A stretch of DNA of 63,252 nucleotides, filler included, from Asterionella formosa (taxonomy: Eukaryota), in the NCBI GenBank assembly GCA_002256025.1. It is 3 parts of 3 records of this genome, joined end to end, with 100 filler letters (N's around TTAATTAATTAA, not from the genome) between each part and the next. Parts side by side here need not be neighbours in the genome. Positions count along the whole stretch, not along the records: positions 61,329 to 63,252 come from NKIB01000851.1; 2 more parts are not named here. One strand, given 5' to 3'. The notes beneath the pieces were generated by a model that was not told where the DNA came from, did no database searches, and saw only the letters and a list, made by a program, of their open reading frames with translations. Shown piece after piece: positions 61,490 to 63,252 of this stretch (positions are counted from its first letter, which is position 1; each line of letters starts with the position of its first letter). Both the position numbers and the translations under genes were made by a program.

Positions 61490-63252
61490 ATGACTGAAGA
61501 CAAAGGTGAGACCATTTGCCTTGTGAAGTTTGATGGCGAGGACGCCAATTGGCATGAGTGGAGTGTGAAGACACTTGCACTAGCCAAGACAAGAGGATTC
61601 AAGAATGCCTACATGAAGGATACCAATCCATGCAGCGATGCTGTCTACAAAACTACAGACAAAGACGATGTCAAGAAGATCTACGAGATGAACGATCGCG
61701 CATACCAGCTCCTGATTATGAGTTGCACTGGGATTGCGTTTGGTTTGGTTAACCAAGCCAAGACAAAGAATCATCAAGACGGCGATGCATTCCTTGCTTG
61801 GACCTACCTCAAGGCTCGCTATGTTCCTAATGCTACAAGCGACTTAATCCAACTGTCAGGACAGTTCAACAAGTGCATCTGTGAGGGGAAGACGCAAGAC
61901 CCAGATGAGTGGTTCATCCAACTCGAGTTGTTGAGGAATCGAATGGCGACGATTGATTCTGCTTACGAAAAGAAGGATCTCGAGATGATTGCCCACATAC
62001 TTGACAAACTACCTAAGGAGTACTCAGAAGTGGTAACAATGGTTGAGGCTATGCCCTCCTTAACACTAGAAGACCTTAAGGCCAAGATACGTGCGTTCTT
62101 CAAACGCAAGTTTAAGAACGAAAAGTCGGATGGCGAACTTGCTCTTGCTGCCTTTGGAACTAAGTTCAAAGGACTCTGCCGCTCTTGCGGCAAGCAAGGA
62201 CACAAGGCAGCCGATTGTCGAGTCAAGAACAAGACACACGGCGACGGAAACAGGCCTCCTCCGAAAGGCGTCAAGTGTTTCAATTGCAACAAGCATGCCG
62301 GACATATCGCAAAAGATTGCCCTGAACCCAAACGAGAACGTACTACAACGAAAGAGACCGGCATGTTTGTTGGCATGTGTATAATTGACTACGAAGACAT
62401 CGAAGCAAACGAAAAGAAACAAGATATGAATGACAAGTACAACGAGAACGACGATAAAAAGTGGACTTTTGTCGGTATTTGCGAGGAAATTATTGATGAT
62501 TGCGATGTAAAATTTAATAATAAAGAGTTTTGTGCCTCTGCTGTTGCTCCTCGCTCTATTGCCCTACAGGAGAATTGGCTCGCTGATACTGGAGCTACCG
62601 CCCATATCACAATGAGTGATGTTGGTATGACAAATGTACGCCCAGTCAGTGTCACAGTTGTTGTCGGCGATGGCTCGGAAATTAAATGCACAAAACGCGG
62701 TGACATCAAGCTCACCAACGGAGAGAAGACTATGACATTGAAGGATGTCCTGTACACGCCTAAGTTTCACAAGAACATCGTCAGTTTGGGCGTCCTAATC
62801 CGCGACGGTTTTGACCTTTCAGTCACAGGGTCTACAATGACCGTTAAGAAAGGTCGTGGAGGACATATTTCATTTAACAGAGAGACCAATGGAGTTCTCT
62901 ATTATTTTAAAGGAAGTCGCGCGAGTTATGCCGATGTCGTATCCATGGTTATTGCCCCATTGCCCCAGGGGGCCGATAGTACCAAAAACTTGTCTACAAA
63001 CACCCATACAGTTATGAGTGGGGAGGACAAAATGAAGTCACAGGATATCAACGAGGCACACGATATCTACGGGCATATTGGGGAAGCCGCACTACGTGCT
63101 ACGTTCAAAGCACTGAAGATAGAACTTACTGGTACCCTCCGGTCATGTGACGGATGCTCTAAGGCAAAGGCGAAAGCAAAGGCAGTTTCAAAAGTGTCGA
63201 CTGTACAGGCTGTACTACCCGGTGAACGGATTTTCGTGGACACTTCAGGGCC
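61490..63252 (+). mobile_element. Ty1/Copia gag-pol ORF, uninterrupted to the window end (absent from the ORF track because it has no stop)
   Basis: MTEDKGE...FDGEDANWHEWS; zinc knuckles CRSCGKQGHKAADC and CFNCNKHAGHIAKDC; protease WLADTGATAH; integrase H...GH...CDGC; IFVD. Confidence 0.93.

Overview
Eukaryotic, most likely diatom, nuclear DNA: it has an ASAFAP-type plastid targeting motif, DUF6824 and HSF genes, CoDi-type Copia elements and short GT-AG introns. The species cannot be named from sequence alone. Two N-padded TTAATTAATTAA linkers (30635, 61273) show the window is at least three artificially joined scaffolds. About eleven host genes sit among decayed mobile DNA: TatB-like, Pyr4/PaxB-like membrane terpene cyclase, 2OG-Fe(II) oxygenase, tandem DUF6824, MFS transporter, RING-H2 ligase, Lin0512-HSF-HSF fusion, FLASH-like mini-protein, stand-alone Lin0512, plastid DUF3727-like and a Cys-rich zinc finger. 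The mobile DNA includes a pogo-like element with TIRs, two Crypton relics, a full-length Copia inside a LINE, an intact Copia gag-pol, nested MITEs and minisatellites. Four observations stand out: (1) pervasive TA-CC(W)GG-TA motifs that behave like serial transposon-excision footprints inserted into other repeats; (2) a double-HSF factor fused to a degenerate Lin0512 domain, with a free Lin0512 gene on the same scaffold; (3) a stand-alone FLASH N-terminal-like protein; (4) a Pyr4/PaxB-type cyclase divergent from a 2OG dioxygenase. All family calls come from motif recognition by eye, not database searches.
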